A stretch of 58,558 nt of DNA from an uncultured Novosphingobium sp. (GTDB lineage Bacteria; Pseudomonadota; Alphaproteobacteria; Sphingomonadales; Sphingomonadaceae). Every line of letters begins with the position of its first letter. Position 1 is the stretch's first letter. The position numbers and the translations under genes are program-made. Below are positions 1 through 10,350 of this stretch, piece by piece. The notes below the pieces were generated by a model. It was not told the DNA's origin and made no database searches. It was given only the letters and a program-made list of their open reading frames with translations. Location: contig CAZNFV010000001.1 in assembly GCA_964572445.1 (NCBI GenBank), positions 1 to 58,558 on the forward strand, written 5' to 3'.

Positions 1-488
1 TGACCAGCAAGGCGATGACCGCGCCCGACGGCAAGATCCGCATTCCGCTGAACGAAGAGGGCGCCGGTGGGGGCGGCCAGATCGAGGAATATTTGCGCGC
101 CTATAACGGCGAGGGCATCCAGCACATCGCCTTTTCCTGTGACGATCTTTACGCCGTGTGGGACCGGCTGGCCGCGCTTGGCACGCCCTTCGCACCTGCG
201 CCGCCGGCAACCTATTACGAGATGCTGGCCGAACGCCTGCCCGGCCACGGTGAGCCGGTGGGCGAGCTGCAGCGGCGTGGCATTCTGCTGGACGGCTCGA
301 CCGAGAATGACGATCCGCGCCTGCTGCTGCAAATCTTCAGCCAGACCATGATCGGGCCGGTGTTCTTCGAATTCATCCAGCGCAAGAAAGATGAAGGCTT
401 TGGCGAAGGCAACTTCACTGCGCTGTTCAAATCGATCGAGGCCGACCAGATCCGGCGCGGCGCGCTGCAAGTTGAAGGGGCGGAATGA
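1..488 (+). CDS. hppD: 4-hydroxyphenylpyruvate dioxygenase, 5' end outside window
   Basis: C-terminal motifs [30 protein letters not shown]; frame is open to the window edge ([18 protein letters not shown]). Confidence 0.95.
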   Translation, partial: TSKAMTAPDGKIRIPLNEEGAGGGGQIEEYLRAYNGEGIQHIAFSCDDLYAVWDRLAALGTPFAPAPPATYYEMLAERLPGHGEPVGELQRRGILLDGSTENDDPRLLLQIFSQTMIGPVFFEFIQRKKDEGFGEGNFTALFKSIEADQIRRGALQVEGAE

Positions 489-1045
489 TGGCGGGCCCGA
501 TCCAGATCGAACGCATCCACCACGTCGCCTATCGCTGCCGTGACGCGAAGGAGACGGTGGAATGGTACAGCCGCGTGCTTGGCATGCGCTACACCACCGC
601 CTTTGCCGAGGATCACGTGCCTTCGACCGGGGAGTTCGATCCCTATATGCACGTCTTCCTCGATTGCGGCGGCGGCAATGTCGTGGCGTTCTTCGAGCTA
701 CCGAACCAGCCCGAAATGGGCAAGGATCCGGCCACCCCGGCCTGGGTCCAGCACCTGGCCTTCAAGGTGCCCGACCTTGACGCGCTGCTAGCCGCCAAGG
801 CCCATCTCGAGGCGCAGGGCGTCGAAGTGCTGGGGCCGACCTATCACGGCATCTTCCGCTCAATCTATTTCTTCGATCCCAATGGCCACCGGCTGGAACT
901 GGCCTGCGATATTGGCACGCCAGACCAATATGCTGAACTGGCGGCGCTGGCCCCGGCGATGCTGCACGAATGGAGCGACACCAAGCGCGCACCGCGTCAT
1001 GCCTCCTGGCTACATGAAGACCCGGCTGAGCGCGGCGATAGCTGA
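485..1045 (+). CDS. VOC/glyoxalase family protein
   Basis: [31 protein letters not shown] overlap with hppD stop. Confidence 0.9.
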   Translation: MMAGPIQIERIHHVAYRCRDAKETVEWYSRVLGMRYTTAFAEDHVPSTGEFDPYMHVFLDCGGGNVVAFFELPNQPEMGKDPATPAWVQHLAFKVPDLDALLAAKAHLEAQGVEVLGPTYHGIFRSIYFFDPNGHRLELACDIGTPDQYAELAALAPAMLHEWSDTKRAPRHASWLHEDPAERGDS

Positions 1046-1117
1046 CGCTGCCGAAGCGGAACGGATTTCCGCCTAGCGAAGGGTTTCATCGCGCGATTAA
1101 TCGGCTAAGGCCCGCGC

Positions 1118-3049
1118 GTGCGTTTGCTTGTCCTGATCCCGCTCGGCCTTGCCGTTCTCTCTGCCCCGGCCTTTGCCCAGCGCGCGGGGGAGAATGCGGC
1201 CACCCAATCCGGTGATGCCTTTGGCCGATCGATCGGCAGTGACAAGACCGGGCTTTACAGCAGCGATGACGTGCGCGGATTCAACCCGATCGATGCCGGG
1301 AACGTCCGGCTCGAAGGGCTCTATTTCGATCAGGTTGATCGCATTTCAAGCCGCTTGGTCGATGGCAACACGATCCGGGTCGGGGCGGCTTCACTGCGCT
1401 ACCCGTTCCCGGCGCCGACCGGCCTGGTCGATTACCGCCTGACCCAGCCCAGCGGCGCAACCAGCTATAGCTTCGCCCTGGAAGAGGGATCGTCCAGCAC
1501 CCGCGGTCTCGGCGGTTCGTTCGAATTCAAGCAGCCATTGGATGGGGATCGCCTTGGCCTTTCGGGCGGCGTCGGCTTTCGCAATGCGCACCAGTACGAA
1601 GGCGGCAGTGCGCAGTTTCGCACGTCCGGCGCGACGCTGGCATTCCGCCCCGCGCCGGAGATTGAAGTGCTGCTGTTTGGCGGCGTTTTCCTGTTCCGGG
1701 GTGACGAGGCGCGGCCGACATTCTTCCCGGCTGGCACCACGCTGCCGCCCGCGCTGAAGCGCGGCGAAGACTTGTCGCTGACCTGGGCCAACCGTGAACA
1801 GACCAACTGGACCTGGGGCGGGATCGTCAAGGCGCCGCTCGGTCCGGTCCGGCTTGAGGCTGGGCTGTTCCGCAATTCCCGCAAGCAGGACCGCGTCTTT
1901 GCCGACCTGCTGCTGGGCGTGCAGCCTGATGGCACTGCAACCTCGCGGGCCGTCGTTGCCGATGGCAACAATTACGATGCCTCGCTTTCGGGCGAACTGC
2001 GGCTGGTGCGGCAGTGGCAGGTGAGCGGGGTTGACCAGCGGATCGTTGCCAGTCTGCGCGGCCGGTCGCGCGATCGCCGCTTTGGGGGCAGCAAGACCCT
2101 GCGGCTCGGCGCAGCCAGCCTGCTGGAGCGCGATCTGCGCCCTGAACCGGCCTATGTGCTGGGGGCGGACAATATCGACGAGGTGCGCCAGCTGACTTAT
2201 GGTCTGGCCTGGTCAATGGTGAAGGCCAAGGCGTTCAGCCTTGATGCCAGCCTCTCTCAAACCCGCTATCGCAAGCGCATCGACTTTGCCGATCCGCTAG
2301 TGGCCGATCCCCGCACGCGAGAGAACCCGCTGCTGTGGAACCTGGCTGGCCTGGTCCAGCTGGCCCCGCGCATTGCGCTGTATGGCGGTTATTCGCAGGG
2401 CCAGGAAGAAGCCCTGATCGCACCTGACGTGGCTACCAACCGGTCAGAGGCACCCCCGGCGATCCGCACCCATCAGATCGAAGGCGGCGCGCGCCTGGCC
2501 TTGACCGATCACCTGACCTTCGTGGCTGGCGGGTTTTCAATCACCAAGCCCTATTACAATCTCGATCCGTCACTGCGCTATCGTCAGCTGGGTGATTTGA
2601 CCAACCGCGGGATTGAACTCTCGCTGACCGGACAGGTCATGCCGGGCCTGACAGTGGTCGGCGGCACCCTGTTCCTCGATCCAAAGATCCATGGCGAAGC
2701 GGTGGATTCGAAATTGATCGGATCGCGGCCCGTCGGCCAGCTGCGGCGTCGGTCGGCACTGAATCTCGATTGGCGGCTGGCGCAGGGCAAAAGCCACTTG
2801 TCGTTCGATCTGGGGGTTGAAAGCCTGTCTGGCCGCATCGGCAATGCTGCCAACACGCTCAGCGCGCCGGCGCGCGAGAGCTTGAACCTGGGCATGCGCT
2901 ATCGCTTCAAGCTGGCCGGCGGCGATTGGCTGGCCCGCGCGCAGGTGACCAACCTGTTCAATGACTATGGCTGGAACGTCTCGTCCTCGGGCGGTTTCAC
3001 CTACAGCCCGCAGCGCGCGGTCAACCTGCAGCTGATCGCCGACCTCTAA
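1118..3049 (+). CDS. Compact TonB-dependent receptor
   Basis: Signal peptide (APAFAQ), plug-like VRGFNP..GNVRLEGLY, beta-strand-rich body, C-terminal NLFN motif. Confidence 0.85.
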   Translation: MRLLVLIPLGLAVLSAPAFAQRAGENAATQSGDAFGRSIGSDKTGLYSSDDVRGFNPIDAGNVRLEGLYFDQVDRISSRLVDGNTIRVGAASLRYPFPAPTGLVDYRLTQPSGATSYSFALEEGSSSTRGLGGSFEFKQPLDGDRLGLSGGVGFRNAHQYEGGSAQFRTSGATLAFRPAPEIEVLLFGGVFLFRGDEARPTFFPAGTTLPPALKRGEDLSLTWANREQTNWTWGGIVKAPLGPVRLEAGLFRNSRKQDRVFADLLLGVQPDGTATSRAVVADGNNYDASLSGELRLVRQWQVSGVDQRIVASLRGRSRDRRFGGSKTLRLGAASLLERDLRPEPAYVLGADNIDEVRQLTYGLAWSMVKAKAFSLDASLSQTRYRKRIDFADPLVADPRTRENPLLWNLAGLVQLAPRIALYGGYSQGQEEALIAPDVATNRSEAPPAIRTHQIEGGARLALTDHLTFVAGGFSITKPYYNLDPSLRYRQLGDLTNRGIELSLTGQVMPGLTVVGGTLFLDPKIHGEAVDSKLIGSRPVGQLRRRSALNLDWRLAQGKSHLSFDLGVESLSGRIGNAANTLSAPARESLNLGMRYRFKLAGGDWLARAQVTNLFNDYGWNVSSSGGFTYSPQRAVNLQLIADL

Positions 3050-4536
3050 ACCGCCGCGGGCACTTTCACCCGCAGCATCGCGCCTGCGGCCAGGACCAGC
3101 GTGACCGCGGCAAAGGCCATGGTCCAGATCGGCTGGTCCGGGAACCAGGCCTTCATGATCGAGCCCATTACGGTCGCGACGAGCAGCTGCGGTACCACCA
3201 CAAAGACGTTGAACAGCCCCATGTAGATGCCCAGCTTGGCCTGCGGCAGGCTGCTGGCCAGGATCGCATAAGGCATGGCCAGGATCGAGGCCCAGGCGAT
3301 GCCGATGCCGACTTCGCTGACGATCAGGTGCTCTGGAGAGGTGAACACGAAGAAGCTGGCATAGCCCGCTGCGCCGGCTAGCAAGCAAGCCACGTGGGTT
3401 TTGGCCATTCCAATCCGGCGCGAGAGCAGGGGCAACAAGGTCAAGGCCGCAATCGCCGCAACGCCATTGTAGACCGAAAACAGCACGCCCACCCAGTTGC
3501 CGCCTTCCTGATAGGTAGCGCTGGCCGGATCGCCTGAACCGAAGAAGTTCTGGGCGACGACTGGCGTGGTGTTGATCCACATAATGAACAGCGCCGACCA
3601 GCTGAAGAACTGCACCAGTGCCAGGCGCTTCATGATGTCTGGCATACCCGAAAAATCGCCCACGATGCTGGTCAACATGTTGGCGCTTTTGCCGGCGCGG
3701 GCGAAGCGGATCGCAAGATAGCTAAGCACGCCGTAGCCAACCAGCAGCATGGCCAGCAGGTAGACTTCCTTTTCCAGACCCCATTGCTCGGTCGCCACGG
3801 CCAGCAGCCCGCCAGCCGCGATCCACCAGAATGGCCCGCCGGAGCTGCGCTCAGCGAGGGCTTGCAAAGTGGGCGCGGCAGCTTCCTCCGCCTCATCAAA
3901 GGCGCGCATCTGTTCGGGCGAATATTCCTTGGTCGTCAGCACGGTCCACAGCACGGCGGCGAACAGCGCGATGCCGCCGGCCCAGAACGCATAACGGACC
4001 GTGTCGGGAATATGGCCCGGCGCGGCATCGTTCGCCACGCCCCAATGATCGAGCAGGTACGGGAAGATGGACCCCACCACCGCTCCCACGCCGATGAAGG
4101 CGGTCTGCACGGCATAGCCCGCCGCATGCTGGTCCTTGCGCAGCATATCACCGACAAAGGCGCGGAACGGCTCCATCGAAATGTTGAGGCTGGCATCCAG
4201 TACCCACAGCAGCACGGCGGCCATCAGCAGCACGTTGCTCTCTGGCATGGCCAGCAAGGATAGCGCGGCGAGCAGTGCTCCCAGCAGAAAGAACGGGCGG
4301 CGCCGGCCGAGGCGGCCCAGCCAGGTTTTGTCAGACAGGTGGCCGATGATTGGCTGCACCAGCAACCCGGTCAGAGGTGCAGCAACCCACAACGCCGGCA
4401 GATCATCAATCGAACTGCCCAGCGACTGGAAGACGCGGCTCATATTCGCATTCTGAAGCGCGAAACCGATCTGGATCCCGAAAAAGCCGAAACTGATGTT
4501 GAACAGCCCGGCCCAGTTCTGCCGCGGTTTTTCCAT
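3046..4536 (-). CDS. MFS sugar transporter, maltose/sucrose (SLC45-like) type
   Basis: FFGIQIGFALQN, GLLVQPIIGHLSD, GRRRPF, MEPFRA; ATG 4536 preceded by GGGAGAGG. Confidence 0.9.
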   Translation of the reverse strand: MEKPRQNWAGLFNISFGFFGIQIGFALQNANMSRVFQSLGSSIDDLPALWVAAPLTGLLVQPIIGHLSDKTWLGRLGRRRPFFLLGALLAALSLLAMPESNVLLMAAVLLWVLDASLNISMEPFRAFVGDMLRKDQHAAGYAVQTAFIGVGAVVGSIFPYLLDHWGVANDAAPGHIPDTVRYAFWAGGIALFAAVLWTVLTTKEYSPEQMRAFDEAEEAAAPTLQALAERSSGGPFWWIAAGGLLAVATEQWGLEKEVYLLAMLLVGYGVLSYLAIRFARAGKSANMLTSIVGDFSGMPDIMKRLALVQFFSWSALFIMWINTTPVVAQNFFGSGDPASATYQEGGNWVGVLFSVYNGVAAIAALTLLPLLSRRIGMAKTHVACLLAGAAGYASFFVFTSPEHLIVSEVGIGIAWASILAMPYAILASSLPQAKLGIYMGLFNVFVVVPQLLVATVMGSIMKAWFPDQPIWTMAFAAVTLVLAAGAMLRVKVPAAV

Positions 4537-4596
4537 GGCGCGCCTCTCCCCTTGTTTACCGGACGGGGCTGGCACGCCCGCTGCAGGCAGGCAAGT

Positions 4597-4612
4597 GGCA
4601 TACGAATACGTA
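4597..4612 (-). promoter_or_regulatory. Candidate LacI/MalI operator upstream of the MFS gene
   Basis: Minus-strand TACGTATTCGTATGCC is 14/16 identical to TGCGTATACGTATGCC at 5831-5846. Confidence 0.6.
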
Positions 4613-4621
4613 GCGTAGCTT

Positions 4622-5656
4622 TCAGCCGGTGGTGCTGGCCCTTACGATCAGTCGTGGTGGCAGGCTGCGCTTGATGCTGACCTGGTCTTCGATCTGTTCG
4701 GCCAGTGTTTCGACCAGCATTTCGCCCGCTGCTATCAAGTCCTGCTGCACCGTGGTCAGCGGCGGGCTGGTCAGGCTGGCGGCGGGGATATCATCGAAGC
4801 CAACCACGGCAACGTCGTCGGGCACTTTGCGCCCGGCCTCGGCCAGGGCCCGCATTGCGCCAATGGCGATCAGGTCGCTGGCTGCGAACACGGCGTCAAA
4901 GTCTGCCCCGGCTTCAAGCAGCGTCCGGATCGCGGCGCGGCCATCGCCTTCGCTGGACAAAGCGGCGACCTGCAAAGCCGGGTCCGCTGTCAGACCGGCA
5001 TCGGCCATTGCCTCAGTCAGGCCGCGATAACGGTCGGCAAATTCCGGGTAGTGCTCATCCGCCTGGCCAAGGAAGGCAATCTTCCTGCGCTTCAGGCCCA
5101 GCAGGTGTTCGCCGGCCAGTCGGCCCGCCGCCAGATTGTCGGTGCCGACCGTTGATCCGATCCCGTCCGACTGAACCGAACCCCAGCGTACAAACCGGGT
5201 CTCGTGCTCCACCAGTTCAGTCAGTCGCTGGGTGTAGAGCGTGTAATCGCCATAGCCGAGCAGGATCAGCCCATCAGCGCGATGGCTGTCCTGATAGCGG
5301 GTGTGCCAGGCGTCCTCCATCTTCTGGAACGAGATCAGCAGGTCCAGGCCGCGGTTGGCAGTTGCCCGCGTGATCGCGCCCAGCATGGCCAGGAAGAACG
5401 GATTGATGTTTGCCCCGTCCGGGGTCGGGTCTTCGAAGAACAGCAGGGCAATGGTGTGTGAACGTTGTGAGCGGAGTGACGAGGCGTTCTTGTCGACCGA
5501 GTAGTTCAACTCGCGGGCGATTTCCTGAATCCGCTGGCGTGTGGCCAGACTGACCGACTTTGATCCGCGCAAGGCACGGCTGACCGTTGGCTGTGAAACC
5601 CCTGCCAAATAGGCAATGTCGAAGCTCGTCGGCTTGCTGGAGGGCTTGCGGCCCAT
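4622..5656 (-). CDS. LacI-family repressor of the maltodextrin locus (MalI/MalR-like)
   Basis: TSFDIAYLAGVSQPTVSRAL HTH, VPDDVAVVGFDD, PPLTTV; likely ATG 5656 after GGAGAG. Confidence 0.92.
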   Translation of the reverse strand: MGRKPSSKPTSFDIAYLAGVSQPTVSRALRGSKSVSLATRQRIQEIARELNYSVDKNASSLRSQRSHTIALLFFEDPTPDGANINPFFLAMLGAITRATANRGLDLLISFQKMEDAWHTRYQDSHRADGLILLGYGDYTLYTQRLTELVEHETRFVRWGSVQSDGIGSTVGTDNLAAGRLAGEHLLGLKRRKIAFLGQADEHYPEFADRYRGLTEAMADAGLTADPALQVAALSSEGDGRAAIRTLLEAGADFDAVFAASDLIAIGAMRALAEAGRKVPDDVAVVGFDDIPAASLTSPPLTTVQQDLIAAGEMLVETLAEQIEDQVSIKRSLPPRLIVRASTTG

Positions 5657-5830
5657 CGTCTCTCCTGCCCTGCGCGTTCCGGTCTGATGCCGGTTGTGAA
5701 AGCAGGAATAGCCGCTCACCCTGCGACCGGCAATGCTTGACCGGTCAGGCCGCCCCGCGGACCGGCGCAGGAACCAGTCTGCGGCGTCTTGGCAGTTGCT
5801 TAAAGGCCACGGCGGACCAACTGCATATTA

Positions 5831-5846
5831 TGCGTATACGTATGCC
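5831..5846 (+). promoter_or_regulatory. Candidate LacI/MalI operator between the lacI-type gene and the TonB receptor
   Basis: TGCGTATACGTATGCC, with a CG-centred palindromic ATACGTAT core; near-identical copy at 4597-4612. Confidence 0.6.
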
Positions 5847-5981
5847 TTCTTCCTGCTTGTGGCATTCGGCCCGTATCTGGAATCTTCCACGGGATGAGGA
5901 GCCGTATACCCGGCCCGAATTCGCATGGGGCATTGCGCCGGGGGGACTGGACCTGTCGGCGCGGTTTAGGGAGAGTACATC

Positions 5982-8708
5982 GTGGCACTTCGCACCCGTT
6001 ACGTCGGTGGCTTTGGGGTTTCAGCCATCGCACTTGCAATTTCCGCTGTGGCCATGCCCAGCACCGCTTTCGCGCAGGCAACCGCTGCCGATGACGCCAA
6101 TTCCGGAGACGCAATTGTCGTCACCGGTTTCCGCGCGTCGATCGACTCATCTGCCGCCGCAAAGAAGGCAAACAGCTCGATCGTCGAAGTTGTTTCGTCG
6201 GAAGACCTCGGCAAGCTGCCGGATCTGTCGATCGCAGAAGCACTGTCGCGCCTGCCGGGTCTTGCCACCCAGCGCCTTGATGGCCGCGCCAACGTCGTTT
6301 CGATCCGCGGCCTCGCCCCGGACTTCACCACTACGCTGCTCAACGGCCGTGAACAGGTCAGCGCCGGTAACAACCGCGGCGTGGAACTCGATCAGTACCC
6401 AACCGAACTGCTGAACGGCGCCGTGGTCTACAAGACCCCCGATGCCAAGCTGATCGGCCAGGCGCTCGGCGGCACGATCGACATCAAGATGATCCGTCCG
6501 ATCGCTTACGGCAAGCGCCAGCTGGTTGTCGGCGCCCGCGCCGAACTGAACGACCTGGGCAAGTTGAACCCGGACATTTCGAACAAGGGCTATCGCGCCA
6601 ATATCTTCTATGTCGATCAGAACGCTGAAGGCACCATCGGCTGGGCGTTCGGCTATGCACGCCTGCAGTCGCCAACGCAGGAACAGCGCTGGAACGCCTG
6701 GGGCTATCCGGACCTGAACTCGACCACCAAGGTGATTGGCGGCGCCAAGCCTTATGTGAAGTCGAACGAACTGAAGCGTGATGGCCTGATGGGCGTAGTT
6801 GAACTTCAGCCGAACGATCGCTTCCACACCACTTTCGATGGCTACTGGTCGAAGTTCAACGATGAACAGCGCCTGCGCGGTATCGAACTGCCGCTGCAGT
6901 GGTCGGCTGCTTCGCTTCAGCCGGGTTACACCTCGTCGGGCGGACTGGTTACGTCGGGCCGCTTCAACGGCGTCGAAGCGGTCATGCGTAACGACATCGT
7001 CAACCGCAACGCCGATATCTGGGCGATTGGCAACAATACCGCATTCAAGGCCAACGACACGCTGACCCTGGAGCTGGACCTCAGCTATTCGCGTCTCAAG
7101 AAGACTGAAGAAAACCTTGAAATCTACCTCGGCACGGGCCGTGGCGGCGGCGTCGGTGCGACCGACAGCCTGGGCTTCACCATGCCGGCCACCGGCGGGG
7201 TGATCACCTTCAAGCCGACCATCAACTACGCCGATCCGGCCTTGTTCACGATCACTGACCCGCAGGGGTGGAACAGCTGCGGTGGCACTGTCCCGAACTG
7301 CCAGGATGGCTTCGTCAACCGGCCGACCGTCAAGGATCGCCTGCAGTCTATCCGTTTCCAGGCCGTCCAGGCGCTCGATGGCTTCATCGAGAACCTCACG
7401 GTTGGTGCCAACTATTCGGATCGCCGCAAGCAGCTGATCGACGAAGGCTATGTTCTGACCAACAAGGCCTATCCGGCCAGCCCGGCAGTCCCGGCCAGCT
7501 ACCTCTACAGCCCGGCCAGCCTTGCGTTCATCGGCATCCCCGGCATGGTCTCGTTCGATGCCTGGCGCTATTACAACGAAGGCAACTACAAGCTGACCAA
7601 TGAAGCGCTGTGGACGCCAGGCCGCCTGACCAACAGCTTCGTGGTGCGTGAAAAGGTGCTGACCGGCTACGTCCAGGCCAACTTCAATGACGGCGGTCTG
7701 CGCGGCAACGCTGGTGTTCAGGTGGTCCATTCCGATCAGCAGGCTGATGGCTTTGCCGCATCGAACCCCGGTTCGGGCACCATTTCGAAGCCGATCACCG
7801 ATGGGGACAAGTATACCGACTTCCTCCCGAGCCTGAACGTTACGTACGAAGTCGCTCCGCAGACCCTGCTCCGCTTTGGTGCTGCTCGCATGCTCGCGCG
7901 TGCCCGCATGGACCAGCTGAACCCTGGTGTCGGTTACAACTTCAACGCGGCGAACAATGTCGCTGGCGCCAGCATCACCCGTTCGCCCTGGTCGGGCACG
8001 GTGGGTAACTCCAAGCTGCGTCCGCTGATGGCCGATACGCTTGACTTGGCCGTTGAGAAGTACTTCGGCCGCGGTGCCTATGTCTCGGTTGGTGGTTTCT
8101 ACAAGCACCTTGAAAACTGGATCTATCGCCAGGATTCGACCTTCGACTTCACCGGCACGCCGACCCCGGGCAACGTCACCCCGACGTTCAACCAGGGCAT
8201 CGTCTCGCAGTGGCAGAACGGCAAATCGGGCAAGGTCTATGGCTTCGAAAGTTCGCTTTCGCTGCCGTTCAGCACCTTCTCGGCGTCGCTCGATGGCTTT
8301 GGCTTCCTGGCCAGCGCTTCGTACACTGACAGCAAGGTTACCGAAGGCGGTACCAAGCCGATCAACATGCCGGGCCTGTCCAAGTGGGTGGTCAACAGCA
8401 CCGTCTACTACGAAAAGAACGGCTTCCAGGTGCGGGCTTCGGGTCGTTACCGGTCGGACTTCCTGGCCGAGGTCTCAGGCCTCAGCCTGGTGCGTGACCG
8501 CGTGATGGCTGCATCCGAACTCGTGCTCGATGCCCAGATCGGTTACACCTTCAACAACGGTCCGCTTAAGGGTCTGGGGATCCTGCTTCAGGGCAGCAAC
8601 CTGACCAACGAGCCGTTTGTCACCTACTATAACGACGACAAGCGTCAGGTTCGCGATTACCAGAACTATGGTCGCAACTTCATGCTCGGCGTCACTTACA
8701 AGTACTGA
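5982..8708 (+). CDS. TonB-dependent receptor, maltodextrin-type (MalA-like)
   Basis: Signal peptide, IVVTGFRASI TonB-box region, GKLPDLSIAEALSRLPG plug, aromatic C-terminus (TYKY); GTG start after GGGAGAG; next to GH13/GH97. Confidence 0.93.
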   Translation: MALRTRYVGGFGVSAIALAISAVAMPSTAFAQATAADDANSGDAIVVTGFRASIDSSAAAKKANSSIVEVVSSEDLGKLPDLSIAEALSRLPGLATQRLDGRANVVSIRGLAPDFTTTLLNGREQVSAGNNRGVELDQYPTELLNGAVVYKTPDAKLIGQALGGTIDIKMIRPIAYGKRQLVVGARAELNDLGKLNPDISNKGYRANIFYVDQNAEGTIGWAFGYARLQSPTQEQRWNAWGYPDLNSTTKVIGGAKPYVKSNELKRDGLMGVVELQPNDRFHTTFDGYWSKFNDEQRLRGIELPLQWSAASLQPGYTSSGGLVTSGRFNGVEAVMRNDIVNRNADIWAIGNNTAFKANDTLTLELDLSYSRLKKTEENLEIYLGTGRGGGVGATDSLGFTMPATGGVITFKPTINYADPALFTITDPQGWNSCGGTVPNCQDGFVNRPTVKDRLQSIRFQAVQALDGFIENLTVGANYSDRRKQLIDEGYVLTNKAYPASPAVPASYLYSPASLAFIGIPGMVSFDAWRYYNEGNYKLTNEALWTPGRLTNSFVVREKVLTGYVQANFNDGGLRGNAGVQVVHSDQQADGFAASNPGSGTISKPITDGDKYTDFLPSLNVTYEVAPQTLLRFGAARMLARARMDQLNPGVGYNFNAANNVAGASITRSPWSGTVGNSKLRPLMADTLDLAVEKYFGRGAYVSVGGFYKHLENWIYRQDSTFDFTGTPTPGNVTPTFNQGIVSQWQNGKSGKVYGFESSLSLPFSTFSASLDGFGFLASASYTDSKVTEGGTKPINMPGLSKWVVNSTVYYEKNGFQVRASGRYRSDFLAEVSGLSLVRDRVMAASELVLDAQIGYTFNNGPLKGLGILLQGSNLTNEPFVTYYNDDKRQVRDYQNYGRNFMLGVTYKY

Positions 8709-8716
8709 TGCCAAAG

Positions 8717-8745
8717 GGCGGGTCTGGCCAGTGGCCGGACCCGCC
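8717..8745 (+). terminator. GC-rich stem-loop after the TonB receptor (terminator or mRNA stabiliser)
   Basis: GGCGGGTCTGGCC-AGT-GGCCGGACCCGCC; weak U tail. Confidence 0.65.
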
Positions 8746-8810
8746 ATTCCCTTGTTGGGAAAACGGTAGCGTATTAGAGCGATAGTCCCTCAACGGATGG
8801 GAGCTGGATT

Positions 8811-10325
8811 GTGAACGATAGTCGCATTCGCGACGTCGTCATCGTGGGCGGCGGAACGGCAGGCTGGATGGCTGCAGCCGCACTTTCGGCCACGATGGGC
8901 GAGCAACTTCGCATCCGTCTGATCGAAAGCGACGAGATCGGCATCGTCGGCGTTGGCGAAGCCACAATTCCTGCGATCCGGCTATTCAATGGCCTGGTTC
9001 GCATTGATGAAGACGAATTCCTCCGCGCCACCCAGGGCAGCTTCAAGCTGGGGATCGAGTTCCAGGGTTGGGGCAAGGTTGGCGAAAGCTACATGCATGT
9101 CTTTGGCCAGATCGGCCAAAGCCTCGACCTGATCGAATTCTGGCAATACTGGCTGCGCGGCCGCCGCGAGGGCGTCGCCGGACCGCTGGGCGATTATTCG
9201 CTGAACCAGCGGGCTGCCCGCGCCGGCAAGTTTGGGCGCGTGCCGCCTCACCCCAATGGTCAGCTGGATGGTATGTCCTATGCCTTCCATTTTGACGCCT
9301 CGCTTTATGCGCGGTTTCTGCGCGGCCATTCCGAACGCAACGGGGTGGTGCGGACCGAAGGCAAGATCACGGGCATCAACCGCAATCCGGAAAACGGCTT
9401 TGTCCGCTCGGTCATGCTGGAATCTGGTGAGGAGATCGCCGGCGAACTGTTCATCGATTGCTCCGGCTTCCGAGGCCTGCTGATCGAGCAGGAACTGGAA
9501 ACCGGTTATGTCGACTGGAGCCATTGGCTGCCCAGCGACCGGGCCATTGCCATGCCGACCGCCAATGTCGGCCCGATCCGGCCCTATACTCAATGCATCG
9601 CCCATCCGGCCGGCTGGCAATGGCGCATCCCGCTGCAGCACCGCACCGGCAATGGCCACGTCTTCTCCAGCAAGTTCATGAGCGAGGACGAGGCGACGAA
9701 GATCCTGCTTGAGACGGTCGAGGGCGAGCCGCTGGCCGATCCGCGCACGATCCAGTTCAAGACCGGAATGCGCAAACAGGCCTGGAACCGCAATGTGGTC
9801 GCGCTGGGGCTGGCATCAGGCTTTCTTGAGCCGCTGGAATCGACCTCGATCCATCTGGTGCAGAATGGCATTGCCCGGCTGATTTCGCATTTTCCGGACC
9901 GCGGTTTCGCGCAAGCCAACATTGATACTTACAATCGCCGGATCGCCTATGATTATGAGCGGGTCCGCGATTTCATCATCCTGCATTACACCGCCAACCA
10001 GCGGGATGAGCCGTTCTGGCGACATGTGCGCGAGATGGAACTTCCGCAGAGCCTGCGCGACAAGATTGACCTGTTCAAAGCGACCGGGCGGATTTTCCGC
10101 GAGCAGGAAGAGCTCTTTACCGAAGTGGGTTGGTTCCAGGTTCTGACTGGGCAGAACATCGTGCCCGAAACCTATCACCCGCTGGCCGATGCGCTGACCA
10201 AGGACGAATTGGCCGGGTTCCTGCATGACCTGCAGACGATCATTGCTGCGCCGATTCCCCGGCTGCCAACCCATGCCGAATTTATCGCACAAACCTGCGC
10301 GGCTGAGCCTGTAAATGCGCGCTAA
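8811..10325 (+). CDS. Tryptophan halogenase-family flavoprotein
   Basis: GGGTAG, GVGEATIP, SFKLGI, FIDCSGFRGLL, GWQWRIP, FLEPLEST. Confidence 0.92.
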   Translation: MNDSRIRDVVIVGGGTAGWMAAAALSATMGEQLRIRLIESDEIGIVGVGEATIPAIRLFNGLVRIDEDEFLRATQGSFKLGIEFQGWGKVGESYMHVFGQIGQSLDLIEFWQYWLRGRREGVAGPLGDYSLNQRAARAGKFGRVPPHPNGQLDGMSYAFHFDASLYARFLRGHSERNGVVRTEGKITGINRNPENGFVRSVMLESGEEIAGELFIDCSGFRGLLIEQELETGYVDWSHWLPSDRAIAMPTANVGPIRPYTQCIAHPAGWQWRIPLQHRTGNGHVFSSKFMSEDEATKILLETVEGEPLADPRTIQFKTGMRKQAWNRNVVALGLASGFLEPLESTSIHLVQNGIARLISHFPDRGFAQANIDTYNRRIAYDYERVRDFIILHYTANQRDEPFWRHVREMELPQSLRDKIDLFKATGRIFREQEELFTEVGWFQVLTGQNIVPETYHPLADALTKDELAGFLHDLQTIIAAPIPRLPTHAEFIAQTCAAEPVNAR

Positions 10326-10350
10326 ACCACTTCTTCAAAGGCGTCCTTCG

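Noticed and set aside
6147..8108. 653-aa antisense ORF inside the TonB receptor (and similar ones at 14719-15747, 17142-18353, 49917-51389)
   Set aside because: Shadow ORFs from high-GC codon bias opposite well-supported genes; no recognisable motifs
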